Assembly: GCA_964016885.1 (NCBI GenBank)
Contig: OZ024740.1
Location: 376,712,001-376,776,000, forward strand
Direction: 5' to 3'
Length of the DNA: 64,000 nt
Origin: Eledone cirrhosa
Lineage: Eukaryota
Program-made: the position numbers and the translations under genes
Shown: one piece after another, positions 42,208 through 54,215 of the stretch
How the letters are laid out: every line of letters begins with the position of its first letter
How positions within the stretch are numbered: the first letter of the stretch is position 1
Notes under the pieces: generated by a model
The model's database searches: none
Seen by the model: the letters and a program-made list of their open reading frames with translations, nothing else
Told to the model about the DNA's origin: nothing

Positions 42208-43420
42208 AATAACATGGTCAACAGTACAAAAAAGGGGTTTTATTTACAGTCTTTACAATTGTTTCACTGATTAAGTTGTCTAAAAATTCGTGAAGACTTG
42301 AAGCTGTGCCACTCAATGGTAAATACGTTGTCAGCTTAACCAGATCATCAGAAGAACTGATAAAAACTGTTAAAAATATACTCAGTGCCTACTAATTCAA
42401 ATTACAACAGCATTAATAAAGAAAGAGTGAGAAAAAAGAAAGAGAGAGAGAAAAAAGAAAAATGAAAAAAGAAAAAAGAAAAAAAAGAAAAAGAAAAAAG
42501 ATATAGAGAAAAAAGACAGAAAGAAAAAAAAGAAAGAAGAGAAAAGGATGAAGAAGAAAAGATAAAAGATAAAGAAAAAGAAAAATAAAGAGAAAAAAAC
42601 AATGACAGCAACAATAAATGAATAAATGCTCTTAAACAAGTTACATCGAGAATGATAAAAAGCAATACAAAATATGATAAAATATAAATAAAAATTGTTT
42701 ATATGTGCGAAGAGAAGTAAACATAGTATGATTATTGAGAGTAGTTGTGGTATAAACATAAAAATGTTAAATATATTCATGTATGTATTAGTTACATTAA
42801 TAAATTAATTAAATAATTAACTAATTAATCGTAAGTTATATTATAAGTGAAAATAATACGATAAGATATAATGTAAGAGATGAAATACATTTAGGGAAAG
42901 AAATAGAAAGATAGAAAATGAAAGAGAGAAAATATAAAATATAAAAGGTTATGATGTTGGTTCATTGACAGTTGATGACAATAATAATAATTGTTTCTAC
43001 TTTTGGCACAAGCCAGCGTATTACTGGTACTTTATTGTATCGACACCGTAAGGATGAAAGGCAAAGTTAACCTCGGCAGGATTTGACAATAATAATAATT
43101 GTTTCTACTTTAGGCACAAGGCCAGCAATCACCCAGTGCATTACTGGTACTTTATTTTATCGAATAATGATAATAGGTTATTATAATAGATTCAGGTGGT
43201 ACAATTTGAATTATGGAATAGATGGGATGAATTAAGTTGGTCTGAAACTATCGAATTTGCTCGCCGTTTTATGTCTACAGAAAATTGTTTAGCTAACAAC
43301 GTATTTAAAATTGTGTGGCACAGCTTCAAGTGTTCAACAATTTTTAGACAACTTAATCAGTGAAACAATTGTTAAGACTGTAAATAAATCCCCTTTTTTT
43401 GTACTGTTGACCATGTTATA
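42208..43420 (-). mobile_element. Naiad-type PLE 3' fragment with inverted partial pseudo-LTR, interrupted by two SINE fragments (about 42985-43163)
   Basis: 43245-43287 on minus reads IFCRHKTASKF (compare IFCRHKAATKF at 14.2 kb); 43292-43418 is inverted relative to 42209-42336. Confidence 0.75.
42247..42359 (-). ncRNA. Type I hammerhead ribozyme with long stem II
   Basis: CAGTTCTT-CTGATGA-tCTGGTTAAG...CTTAATCAGt-GAAA-CAATTG-TA-AAGACTG. Confidence 0.75.
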
Positions 43421-44696
43421 TACATATATATATATATATATATTGACCATGTTATATATATATATATATATATATATATAACTCATGTTTTATTTTATAG
43501 TATGTCTTTTGTATTTGTATATATGTATATGTATATGTGTATATGTATGTGTGTATATGTATGTATATGTATATATATATGTGTGTGTATGTATATATGT
43601 GTATATATGTGTGTATATATGCGTATGTATGCATGTACGTATGTCTATGTATATGTGGCTCTATATATATCGAAATGTATAATTTGAATACATTCTATGA
43701 ATGAACTCATGTAAAAAGGTTTTTTTACGGTATATGCTTTAGATATATTCTTAAGAAAAACTTTAAATATTAAGACGTTATAGTAATCAAACTTATATTT
43801 TAACAATCACAACTGTATAACAGGTGGATATATAAAATATATAAATTTTATAAATTACTATAAAATAATATAAGGTTCTCTTATAATCTTAATTTTTTAT
43901 CATCTTAACTTTTATAACATTTAATCATTAGAACTATCTAAATTACAAATAAATCAATTAATTTTCCCTCACGCTGTATTTCTATTACTAAGAAGAGTTT
44001 TTCTTCAGTAAAATCTCTGAACATTCCTCTATTTTAAACATATATTTTGTTATTTCTTAAAAGGTTTATTGTTAATTGAAAAATTAATAATTAATTGTTG
44101 GTTGATGATAAATAATAAATTTATGTAAGGTTATGTAATAATAACATATATTTTAATAATATTTTTTGATAGTATATGTATATATATATGTGTGTGTGTG
44201 TGTATGTATATATATTATTTTAATAATATATAGATCTCAATTTTTAATTTTTAGTTTATAGATCTCAATAATGTAATCAAATTTAAACATTAGATAAATT
44301 TCTCCGGTTACTACTATCTATTTATTTATTTATCTATCCACGCTAACTCATCCACTATATATTTTGCTTTTCGCTTCATCATCTCATAAAACTACGTTAA
44401 TACAACACTCTCTCACTTAGGGTTTTCTTTCTTCCTCTTTCTTTTGTTTTTCCTATTCCTTTTCCTCTTCTTTTCTTTTGGTTTCCTTTTTGGGTTTGCT
44501 CTTTCTTTCTCCTTTTATTTTTGTCCCTATTCCAATGGCTTAATTTAAATGTATGGGATTTAAACCTCTCCGACACTAATTTGCATAATAGACCAATAAT
44601 AAAATTAGTAACCCCACTAACCGGGAGCTTCCAACGGACATAGTCGCATTCTTTTAAGGGTATGTCAATATTTCTTTATAAAACTGATCGATATTA

Positions 44697-44761
44697 TATT
44701 TTATCTGACGAAAGCTCACCATAATTTGCTTTGGTGTCCTTGAAATGTGTATAATGAAATA
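44697..44761 (+). ncRNA. Type I hammerhead ribozyme in a PLE-like remnant
   Basis: TATTTTAT-CTGACGA-AAG..CACCA..TGGTG..CTT-GAAA-TGTGTA-TA-ATGAAATA. Confidence 0.7.
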
Positions 44762-44951
44762 AATATGGTTTTATAAATTTAGTTTCCATTTGTTAATATA
44801 TTGTATTTTTACTCCAAAAATGTTGTTGAGTGCTTTATATCAGTTATTTGCTTGTTGTATCCCAACAAATTAAATATAACTTCTACATATATATATATAC
44901 ACATATATATATATAAAGATATACATATATATATATATACATATCTATATC

Positions 44952-44985
<34 letters not shown>

Positions 44986-45011
44986 CATATAATAATAAAT
45001 ATATATATACA

Positions 45012-45067
<56 letters not shown>

Positions 45068-45088
45068 TATAAAGATATACATATATAT

Positions 45089-45164
<76 letters not shown>

Positions 45165-45391
45165 ATATATACATATAATAATAAATATATATATACATAT
45201 TTATATATATATATAACGAAGGAAATGTGGTAAGGAACCAGGTGGACCATAACGCACCAAAGTACTCAATACTTGGGGTAGTAGAGTGGGTAATAGGAAC
45301 CAGTAAGACCCCGTCCAGAATTAGCCGTCGAAACGGCTTGAGCTCAGCCGTCGGTGTCTTACTGGTTACTATATATATATATATATATATA

Positions 45392-45617
45392 TAGTGTAAA
45401 CAAAGTTTCATGCACTTAACATGGATATGCTACCAATAGTTTTGGGGTACAGTCGTGGCCACCACTGTATAATGGAAGAGGCCATTCATACAGGCAAGTT
45501 CCTAGATAAAGGGCCAGTTTGAAAGTGCCTCCTCAACTATACAGTGGTGGCCATGACTGGACCCCGTAACCATTGGTAGCACGTACATGTTAAGTGTATG
45601 AAACTTTGTTTACACTA
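45392..45617. mobile_element. MITE-like element, ~80-bp imperfect terminal inverted repeats, TA flanks
   Basis: TAGTGTAAACAAAGTTTCAT...ATGAAACTTTGTTTACACTA. Confidence 0.75.
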
Positions 45618-45684
45618 TATATACTCTCTTTCAGTAGATTGAGCACTGTTTTCCTTGATCTTTCATCTACAGATTTCTCACAAA

Positions 45685-45716
<32 letters not shown>

Positions 45717-45722
<6 letters not shown>

Positions 45723-45902
45723 GTTTCTACTTTTGGCACAAGGCCAGCAATTACCCAGTACGTTACTGGGACTTTATTTTATCGACCACGTAAGGATGAA
45801 AGGCAAAGTTAACCTCGGCGAGATTTGAACTCAGTTCGTAAAGGGACGTAACTGTGCTGCAAAGCATGGCGTCTGATCTTCTACCGATACTGCCAATCCA
45901 CT
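45717..45902 (-). mobile_element. tRNA-derived SINE (short variant)
   Basis: Full match to the family. Confidence 0.9.
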
Positions 45903-45911
45903 ATATATATA

Positions 45912-46126
45912 TAATGTATAATAAACAATACAATATAATTACCTCATTACCAGAGGTTTCCCGAGTAAAACGAATACAAGAAACGTCCGCATTCGTTCGT
46001 CAGACAAGGCAATTTAAAACATAAATTGCCTTGTCTGACGAACGAATGCGGACGTTTCTTGCATTCGTCTTATTCGGGAAACCTATGGTAATGAGGTAAT
46101 TATATTGTAGTGTTTATTATACATTA
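45912..46126. repeat. ~105-bp-arm palindrome with a hammerhead motif in each arm
   Basis: Centre at about 46018; + motif 46029-46096, - motif 45942-46009. Confidence 0.85.
46029..46096 (+). ncRNA. Type I hammerhead-like motif
   Basis: CCTTGT-CTGACGA-aCGAATG..TATTCGg-GAAA-CCTATGG-TA-ATGAGG; first stem II pair is A.G. Confidence 0.6.
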
Positions 46127-46195
46127 AATGTAGTTCTGTAACTTAGGTAGATCACTCTTCACTCCTATGACTTTTTCAATTTTCAACGGAAACTT

Positions 46196-46269
<74 letters not shown>

Positions 46270-46341
46270 AAGCATATATATTTATATATGAAAAACGTAA
46301 AATAAGAAAATTATAGTAATTAGTTTACTTACTTAAATTTC

Positions 46342-46413
46342 ACTCCAACTAATTAGTTTCTGAAAGGAAATATACATGTAGAGCATGGAGAAACAATTTC
46401 GTCATCAGGGAGT
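46342..46413 (-). ncRNA. Type I hammerhead ribozyme in a PLE remnant (46283-46900, nested inversions)
   Basis: ACTCC-CTGATGA-cGAAA...TTTCa-GAAA-CTAATTAG-TT-GGAGT. Confidence 0.75.
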
Positions 46414-46903
46414 CATTCTCAGCTAAGATACCTGGCGATGGGTGGACACAGGAAACTTATATAAAAATATATTCAGTGGATGGAAGAGAGCAAGCAGGGA
46501 CTAAATTCCAGTACACTGAAAAAATTACTGCCTTCTTGTTCGGTGGCAAATTCAAAAGACATCGAGGTTAATCAGTGAGGAGTGGGGTGTAAAACGACAG
46601 TAGCCAAGCTGTCACTATGAACTATAGTAGTAATTTTTGGCAAATTTTTGCTTAACCAAATAATTTGGAGATAATTATTAAGAAATAGTATATCTACCAA
46701 GATATATATACAGATGTATACCTATGCAAGCAAATATATTGGTTTTATCTTAGTAAGCTAATTACTATAATTAGTAAGTAAGCTAATTACTATAATTTTC
46801 TTATTTTACGTTTTTCATATAATTGTTCTGCATCCCCAAAATTACTAAGACAAAACCTACATATTTGCTTGCATCTGTGTATATATGTTGGTAGATATAC
46901 TAA

Positions 46904-46961
<58 letters not shown>

Positions 46962-46963
46962 AA

Positions 46964-47016
<53 letters not shown>

Positions 47017-47234
47017 GAAAAACAAATAACAAAAAACAATAACAAAGAGTGCAGTACGAACAGTGTTGGTATTAGGTCACGCTGAGAGTGATATATATAT
47101 ATATATGTATATTACCCTCTCTACTACCCTAAGTATTGAGTACTCTGGTGCGTTATGGTCCACTAGGTATCTTACCATGCCCTCTTTGTTTTATATATAT
47201 ATATATATATATATAGCAACAACAATAATAATAA

Positions 47235-47688
47235 TAATTGTTTCTACTTTTGGCACAAGGCCAGGAATTTCAAGGGGGGAGGGGAGTCGATCAAATCGAC
47301 TCCAGTGCGTGATTAGTGCTTTATTTTATCGACCGCGCAAGGATGAAAGGCAAAGCCAACCTCGGCGGAACACGAACTCAGAAAGTAAAGGGTTGCAACT
47401 CAATGCTGCGAAGGATGCTGTCCGACACTGTATCCATGAGCCAATCACCGCCCTAATAATAATAATAATAATATCGGTTGTATGATTTAGGCACAAGGCC
47501 AACAATTTTAGGGCAGGGAAAAGTCGATTAAATCGACTCAGTGCATTACTGGAGCGTTATCTTATCGACCCCGTAAGGATGAAAGGAAAAGCTAACCGCG
47601 ACGGGATTTGAACTCAGAATGTAAAGGGCCGTAACTATATGCTGCGAAGCATGTTGTCCGACGCTCTATCGATACAGCCAATCCACTA
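47235..47688 (-). mobile_element. Two tandem SINEs (long variant)
   Basis: Copies at about 47235-47454 and 47478-47688 joined by (TAA)n. Confidence 0.88.
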
Positions 47689-48125
47689 TACTCCGGGATA
47701 TGCCAATACATACAGAGAGAGATAAAGACCAACCAACCAGATATTGTAGTCAGAGACCAAAGAGAAAAAAGATGCCTTCTAATAGATATATCAATCCCCA
47801 CAGACGACAATATATCTTCCATGGAAATAGAGAAACTCTCCAAATATAAAGATCTAGAGATAGAAATAACTCGAATGGGGAAAAAGAAAATAGAAACAAT
47901 ACCCATAATAATTGTTGCCCTAGAAATGATTTAAAAAAACAGATAAATACATAGCCAAAACCGCAGGACTTACAAATATATATAGCATACAAACGATAGA
48001 ACTACTAGTACGAAAAGTACTATCAATACAATAAAAATAACATCAGCAAAAACTACGCTGCTCGTATCCAAGGCGCACAGAGCTGTGCTCGGTAAAACAT
48101 TAATGATGCGCAATAAAAATAATAA
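47689..48125 (+). mobile_element. R4/Dong-like 3' fragment (REL endonuclease) of a further family, ending in TAA repeats
   Basis: EIKTNQPDIVVRDQREKRCLLIDISIPTDDN..EKLSKYKDLEIEI..IPIII (PD..D motif); not in the ORF track. Confidence 0.85.
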
Positions 48126-48132
48126 TGGAAAT

Positions 48133-48622
48133 GATAATTGTTTCTACTTTAGGCACAAGGCCAGCAATTAACCAGTGCATTACTGGTACTTTATTTTATC
48201 GACCCCGTAAGGTTGAAAGGCAAAGTCAACCTCGGCGGGATTTGAACTCAGATCGTAAAGGGACGTAACTATGCTGGAAAGCATGGTGTCTGACCCTCCA
48301 CCGATACTGCCAATCCACCGAAATGATAATAATAATTGTTTCTAATTTTGGCACAAGGCCAGCAATTATCCCAGTGCATTACTGGTACTTTATTTTATCG
48401 ATCCCGTAAGGATGAAAGGCAAAGTGAACCTCGGCAATAATAATTGTTTCTACTTTAGGCACAAGGCCAGCAATCACCCCAGTGCATTTCTGGTGCTTTA
48501 TTTTATCGACCCCGTAAGGATGAAAGGTAAAGTTAACATTGGCGGGATTTAAACTCAGATCGTAAAAGGCCGTAACTCCATGCTGCAAAGCATGGCATCC
48601 CACGCTCTACCGATACTGACAA
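48133..48622 (-). mobile_element. Three tandem SINEs (short variant, middle copy truncated)
   Basis: Copies at about 48133-48320, 48331-48436 and 48437-48622. Confidence 0.88.
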
Positions 48623-49924
48623 TAGGACAGATGTAGATATTCATAATCCCTTATTGATAATCCGCCGTAATACATATTTCTGTAACGTTCTTGATTATAT
48701 ATGCATTTATATATATGTCTGTGTGTGTAGGGAGGGGAGTGTGAGTATGTGTGTGTGCGCGCGCGTGTGTGTGTGTGTAGGGGTGTGGGTGTGTGAGTGT
48801 GTGTGTGTTTACGTATATGAGTAATTATCTATATTGATTCTTCTCATATACTTTTCTTACCCTCTTTCATATCCCTTTTTTATAGCCTTTTTATGCATTA
48901 TTTTATTCCTATTTCATTGTTGTAATACCGCATTAGTTTGATATTCTCACTATTTTCCCCCTTCCTTGTATATATTTCTATGATCATATTTGTTATATAA
49001 GTCTTATTCTTCATATAATTAGATACAATTTTATTTTATTAATTTTTAATATTTAATTTTCAATATTTAATTCTTAACGTTAATTCTAATTTTTCACCCC
49101 TTAAAGTTAATATATTCATTTAATTACATTATTTATATGCATTTGCAGTCAATGAAATTACCTGGGGTGTCTTGACAGACAGTGGGCGTATTGGGCAGGG
49201 GTACGCTGCCACGAGAATTTTAATTTAGTGGTGGTGGCGGCATCAATTTTGTTGGAGGCTGCTAGAACAGAATTTACCAGAAAACATTTAGGCTGACTAG
49301 AACTGTGTGACCATCATATCGTAGAAATAGCTCGACAACTGTGGAGAGTAAAGATAATTGATATGGAACTGGTAGCCTCGTCCTGATAGCTGTTAACTAA
49401 ATACAGAGGCTAGGGGAGTGGTTGGTACCCAATTTCCATCTTCCTCTTTTCACACAACTACTGAGTGTACTAGAGTTCTCAAGGGGACGGGTCTCAATAA
49501 GGGAAACATGAAACTTGTCCGTTCCCTTGTTTAAGCCTGTATTACTTTAACAATATTACATAACAGCTATCATACTTAAAATGCTGTATAGTGAAACCGT
49601 AATCATGAACTCCACAAAATATATACAATATGACTGATCATGAATAAAAGAAATAATAATATCTACATCTGGCCTTCGCAATTATCCTTATTTTACGTAT
49701 ACTCCGTGATGGACTAACACATCGCATTTGGAAAGGCACACATGACGTAGATTGCCTGAATCTAACGACGTCATCATTAACAGACTGGTGTCTTGCAACA
49801 TGAATATGATAAGTTAATATTTATAACATTATATATATATAGTAGAAACAATTATATATATATATATGGGATTTTTAATCATTTTGCGTAGGTGTGAATG
49901 TGTTTATAAATATATGTATAAATA

Positions 49925-50170
49925 TCAAGGCGTCCAAAGTTAAGATACGGGAGGACTTTGGGGTTTAGGTGAAATCCGACTTCAGATAAGCAAATAAAGT
50001 GTTCTGGCAGACCATCCGCCTACTTCGTAATGAGAAGCCCACCTACACACCTGCTACAAAGAACGCGTCTGGGGTTCTCCTTGAAAAGCACATAACCGCA
50101 TTTCTCGGGGTCTGCTGTTGAAGGTTGTGGAGCTTCTTGCAGCCCTGATGTCTCTATACGAATGGCCGAG
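49925..50170 (+). mobile_element. RTE LINE internal fragment
   Basis: ANKVFWQTIRLLRN..NASGVLL; reverse-complement match to about 3200-3347. Confidence 0.7.
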
Positions 50171-51565
50171 TAGAGTTTCCATACCTCATCCAAATCTACA
50201 GTATCAGAGCCATGGAACTTTGTTAAGAAACCCAGACTATATCCGTACATAATAAATTCAGTATGTACACTTAAAACCATTTCTCTTCTTTATAATATTA
50301 ACATTTCGTTTGTTACCTTATTGATGATACTATAAGGAACACTAATTGGAGAGTGATTTACTGTCTACAACCACAGTCGCTAGATTAATTGATTAACCAA
50401 TGTTTATTTACTTGAATAATATACATATGTGTATGTGTTGGTGTGTAGGGGGGAGGGTTCAACCCAGTACAAAGTGTTGCTGTGTCGGGTTCTCGAATAT
50501 TAAACTTGCTATCATATGGGGTGGTGTAAGGATTGGGTACTCTGCCAATAAAGGGATGCCGAAACTATGCGAAGGTATGGTAGTATTAGAGTGTTGGTTA
50601 TGAAAGTTAAACTATTAAGTCGGAAAAGTTTAGAATATTATAAGGATGAGCATTCAACTTAAAAATCATGATTACTATATTTGTATTTAAATTAATATTG
50701 TAAAGTAAAATACTAAAGTGTAAAATTTAGTTCATATATTTAAAACCTGATACCAGTATTAGATAGAATAAATAACCTACTTTTAATAAGATGTGATAAT
50801 TAGCCCTATTTATTATAGATAAATAGAAAAAAGATTTGAAGCAGGAACAAGTAGACTTTTATATTTTAGAGTATCGTACATCTCTCTATATATAAAATTC
50901 TTTGTCTCTCTGTATGTCCTTAAGCATTCTCAGAGTCAAATGAAATATAACATTGTATCTAGAATATTCTACTATAAATAAATGACATTTTATAACACGA
51001 CGACGTCGTCGCATTTTATGTAGGAGTGTGTATGTGTCTGTGAGTGTGTGTGTGTTTGCGCGTTCGTTACATATGTTAGGCCTTAGTAAGTTATATACAC
51101 ATTCATTTTCACGTAAATATTTTATCAGATACACAGAGAATTAAAAACACACACATCTACACATACATATACATATGTGATGACTAAAAAGTATGTGTGA
51201 GTGTATGTGAGGTTGAATTTAAGAGGCTTCAGTTACCAGTCAAACTAAGTTTTGTTATTTTAATTAACAAATCTCAGGGTCAACCTCTCAAGGACTCGAT
51301 CTCTCTACTATATGTTTCTCCCGCGGTCAACTCTATGTTCGTTGCTCACGAGTTGGAAGCAGCAACAATTTATCCATTTGGACACCAACAAAAAATTACA
51401 CAATGAATATTGTTTACTCTGAGGTGCTTCAAGAATTTCATTTCTAAATTCTATTATCATTACAATTTTGATATTTTATTATAAAATGTAGATATTTTGA
51501 AATAATCATGAGAAAAAATATATTTCCATATTTATTGTTAACTAATCTGAATAAGAACAGCAGTA

Positions 51566-51596
51566 ACCCGGGCAACGCCGAGTCATTCAGCTAGTA
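51566..51596 (+). mobile_element. Helitron-like 3' terminus
   Basis: GC-rich hairpin CCCGGGCAACGCCGAG followed about 8 nt later by CTAGT; 5' end not located. Confidence 0.45.
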
Positions 51597-51697
51597 GTAA
51601 ATAAAATTGTAAATTCGGTTTAGTATAGAACTTATACTCTTACTATATTATAAAACGATTGTTGTTATTGTAAAAGATTATACAATTACAGTTTACA

Positions 51698-51865
51698 TAA
51701 TAATTGTTTCTACTTTTGGCACAAGGCCAGCAATTATCCCAGTGTATTACTGATGAAAGGCAAAGTTAACCTCAGCGGGATTTGAACTCAGATCATAAAG
51801 GGCCGTAACACTTTGCTGTAAAGCATGACGTCCGACCATCTGCCGATACTGCCAATCCACCGCGC
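51698..51865 (-). mobile_element. SINE with internal deletion
   Basis: Family match lacking the TTTATTTTATCGACCCC block. Confidence 0.85.
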
Positions 51866-51885
51866 TACTAGTTTATATAAGAATA

Positions 51886-51943
51886 TATAGCGGTTAGCAT
51901 GGTTAGCTTCCAAGCAGTCGATTCGGTTTTCTCTTCCTACCGA
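51886..51943 (+). pseudogene. Degenerate tRNA-Gly(TCC)-like fragment
   Basis: TATAGCGGTTAGCATGGTTAGCTTCCAAGCAGTCGA resembles the D and anticodon arms of metazoan tRNA-Gly-TCC; acceptor and T stems broken. Confidence 0.55.
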
Positions 51944-52279
51944 GATATTAAGAAATGGCATATGGTTGCATTACCATATACACGGCTTTTGCTAACACTG
52001 TCGGAAACATGTTCAAGTTATCAAAGTAATAATATTAAATGAATAATATATTAAAATTATAATAGATTTAAACAGATTAACGAGTCCAGTTATTAGTTAT
52101 ATGGAAACGAGTGCAATAGGTTCAGTTATATCATTGATAGTATGAAATTATTGCAGCTGAATTTGTAAATGAAGTTGTTATCTTTTAGTATATCATAAAT
52201 TAAATTAATATCAATCAGCGAACGATGTATTAAGAAAAGCGGGCGTTTTAAATGCACAAATCCCTCTAGTAACAGACCC

Positions 52280-52487
52280 ATTATGATTTCTAACATAAGC
52301 ACAATTTGAAGGGGGGGGGGGGTCGATTAAATCAACCCCAGTGCGTTACTGGTACTTTATTTTATTGACCCCTTAAGGATGAAAAGTTAACCTCGACGAG
52401 ATTTGAACTCAGAACGTAACCGGCTGTCACTCTATGCCACAAAGTAGGGTGTCCGACGCTCTACTGATACTGCCAATTCACCGCGCT
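52280..52487 (-). mobile_element. tRNA-derived SINE
   Basis: Family match. Confidence 0.85.
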
Positions 52488-52784
52488 ACGCTCGACACAT
52501 TATAATGAAAGATAACTTTGGTGTTTTGAGAACTACAAGTTTATGTTTACGTAAGTTAATATATCGTTTTTGCATTTCTTTGACGAGATTCTGGATAAGA
52601 AATTATGTGTTGAAACATATGTTATATTTAGGGAGGTAAATACTGTAAGACAAAAGAACAAATAGAGACACACATGCACCTGTTATATTTCATTTTAGTT
52701 TTTAATAGTGAAACCATGTGGTGCGTGTGTTCTTACTGGCAGTATCACTCTCCTAAAATATAACAATAAACTAAGGAAACGGCA

Positions 52785-53760
52785 TTTAAAATGACAATCC
52801 CCCACACCAGGTTGTTCATGCAGAAAACCGTACGCATGCCCCCCTTGACCCAGAATGCATCATACCACCGAACAAACAGAAGGAGAACAAGGCATATGTG
52901 GAAATATCGGAGGGTCAGATTAATGTCCGTTTTCATAACCATGGAGCCACCTTTAGGCATGCAGACAAAAGATCTGCTACGAAATATGGAAGCCATGTGT
53001 GATCCTCAAAGATAGCGGCACAGATTTCTCCAATAAATGGGGGATTCTTGAAAGATCTAAGCTCTATGCAAACGGAAAGGAGACGTGTAATTTATGCACA
53101 GACGAAATATAGGACATTCTAAAAACAACTGCATTAGAGGAATAACTGCCGAAATACGTGAGAAATCTTATTTAACCGTTGCCCACACGTCCACATATAT
53201 ACTTACAATGTAAACAAAAAAAAACAGACTAAATAATTAGCACGTCCAGAAAGTAGGCAACACACCTTCACACACTCTTCACTTCTCTCTGAGAACAGTT
53301 AGATTTTATAAATTTTGTGTGTATTTCCGTATTGGAAAGACTCACAAAATTACCAGAATAAGCCAATTGATGTGCCTCCTCCCGTAATTGCAACACTCCC
53401 TCAACTTCTCAGAACTCTAACTTATTGATCCAAGCCTTGTAGTTTCTTAATTCTCGCTTTCAATAAACTATAAATATAACATAAGTTAGCTCCCTTCATC
53501 CTTTCACTCGTTCTACATACCTACCCACTAATAATTGTTGCCCCATTTTTTGGAAGTCTTTTATAAAAGGAAAACTGAACAGATAGAAACGTTCATTCTA
53601 AGATTACCTCACTGACGTATTAAGAGGGTATCTTTAGATCCTTCCAGTGAAACATGTGAATGCGTATAATATACTGTTGATGTAATAAAACAATTTTATA
53701 CAATGCAACTCTTCCTTCGGATTGAGTGTTCTACCAACATTGGATATTTATTATGGAATT
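52785..53760 (+). mobile_element. Decayed Naiad-type PLE endonuclease plus 3' region
   Basis: Broken frames give VRFHNH..TFRH, CNLCTDE and RCPH; decayed hammerhead (CTGACGT..GAAACATG) at about 53612-53658. Confidence 0.55.
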
Positions 53761-53824
53761 CAAGTACATTATGTATATACAGAGAGAGAGAGAGGGAGAG
53801 AGAGAGAGAGGGAGAGAGAGAGAG

Positions 53825-53880
<56 letters not shown>

Positions 53881-53893
53881 AGAAAGAAAGGCT

Positions 53894-54215
53894 AAAGACC
53901 CCTTTCGGTCACGAATGACCATGGGTTTTTTTCACCTAGAACGTTCCCCTCTGAGCATAAATCCGGGCAACGTTGTTTGTGGAAGATCAGCCATCGTCCA
54001 TACACAGAAGAATCCCCTCTCCACGCCTCCAATGTTGACTAATGAATAAGCAAAGGTCAAAACAGCTTGGCACCAGTGACGTCGCAATACATTTCTACAG
54101 TTGAGTGAACTGGAGCAGCTAGAAATAAAGAACACAACACAAAGCCCGGTCCGAGAATCAAACTCACAACTTCACGATTGTAACCCTGACACTCTAACCA
54201 CTAAGTCATGCGCCT
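53894..54215 (-). mobile_element. Second tRNA-derived SINE family
   Basis: tRNA-like head GGCGCATGACTTAGTGGTTAG..GAGTTTGATTC and 3' hairpin GGTCATTCGTGACC. Confidence 0.75.
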
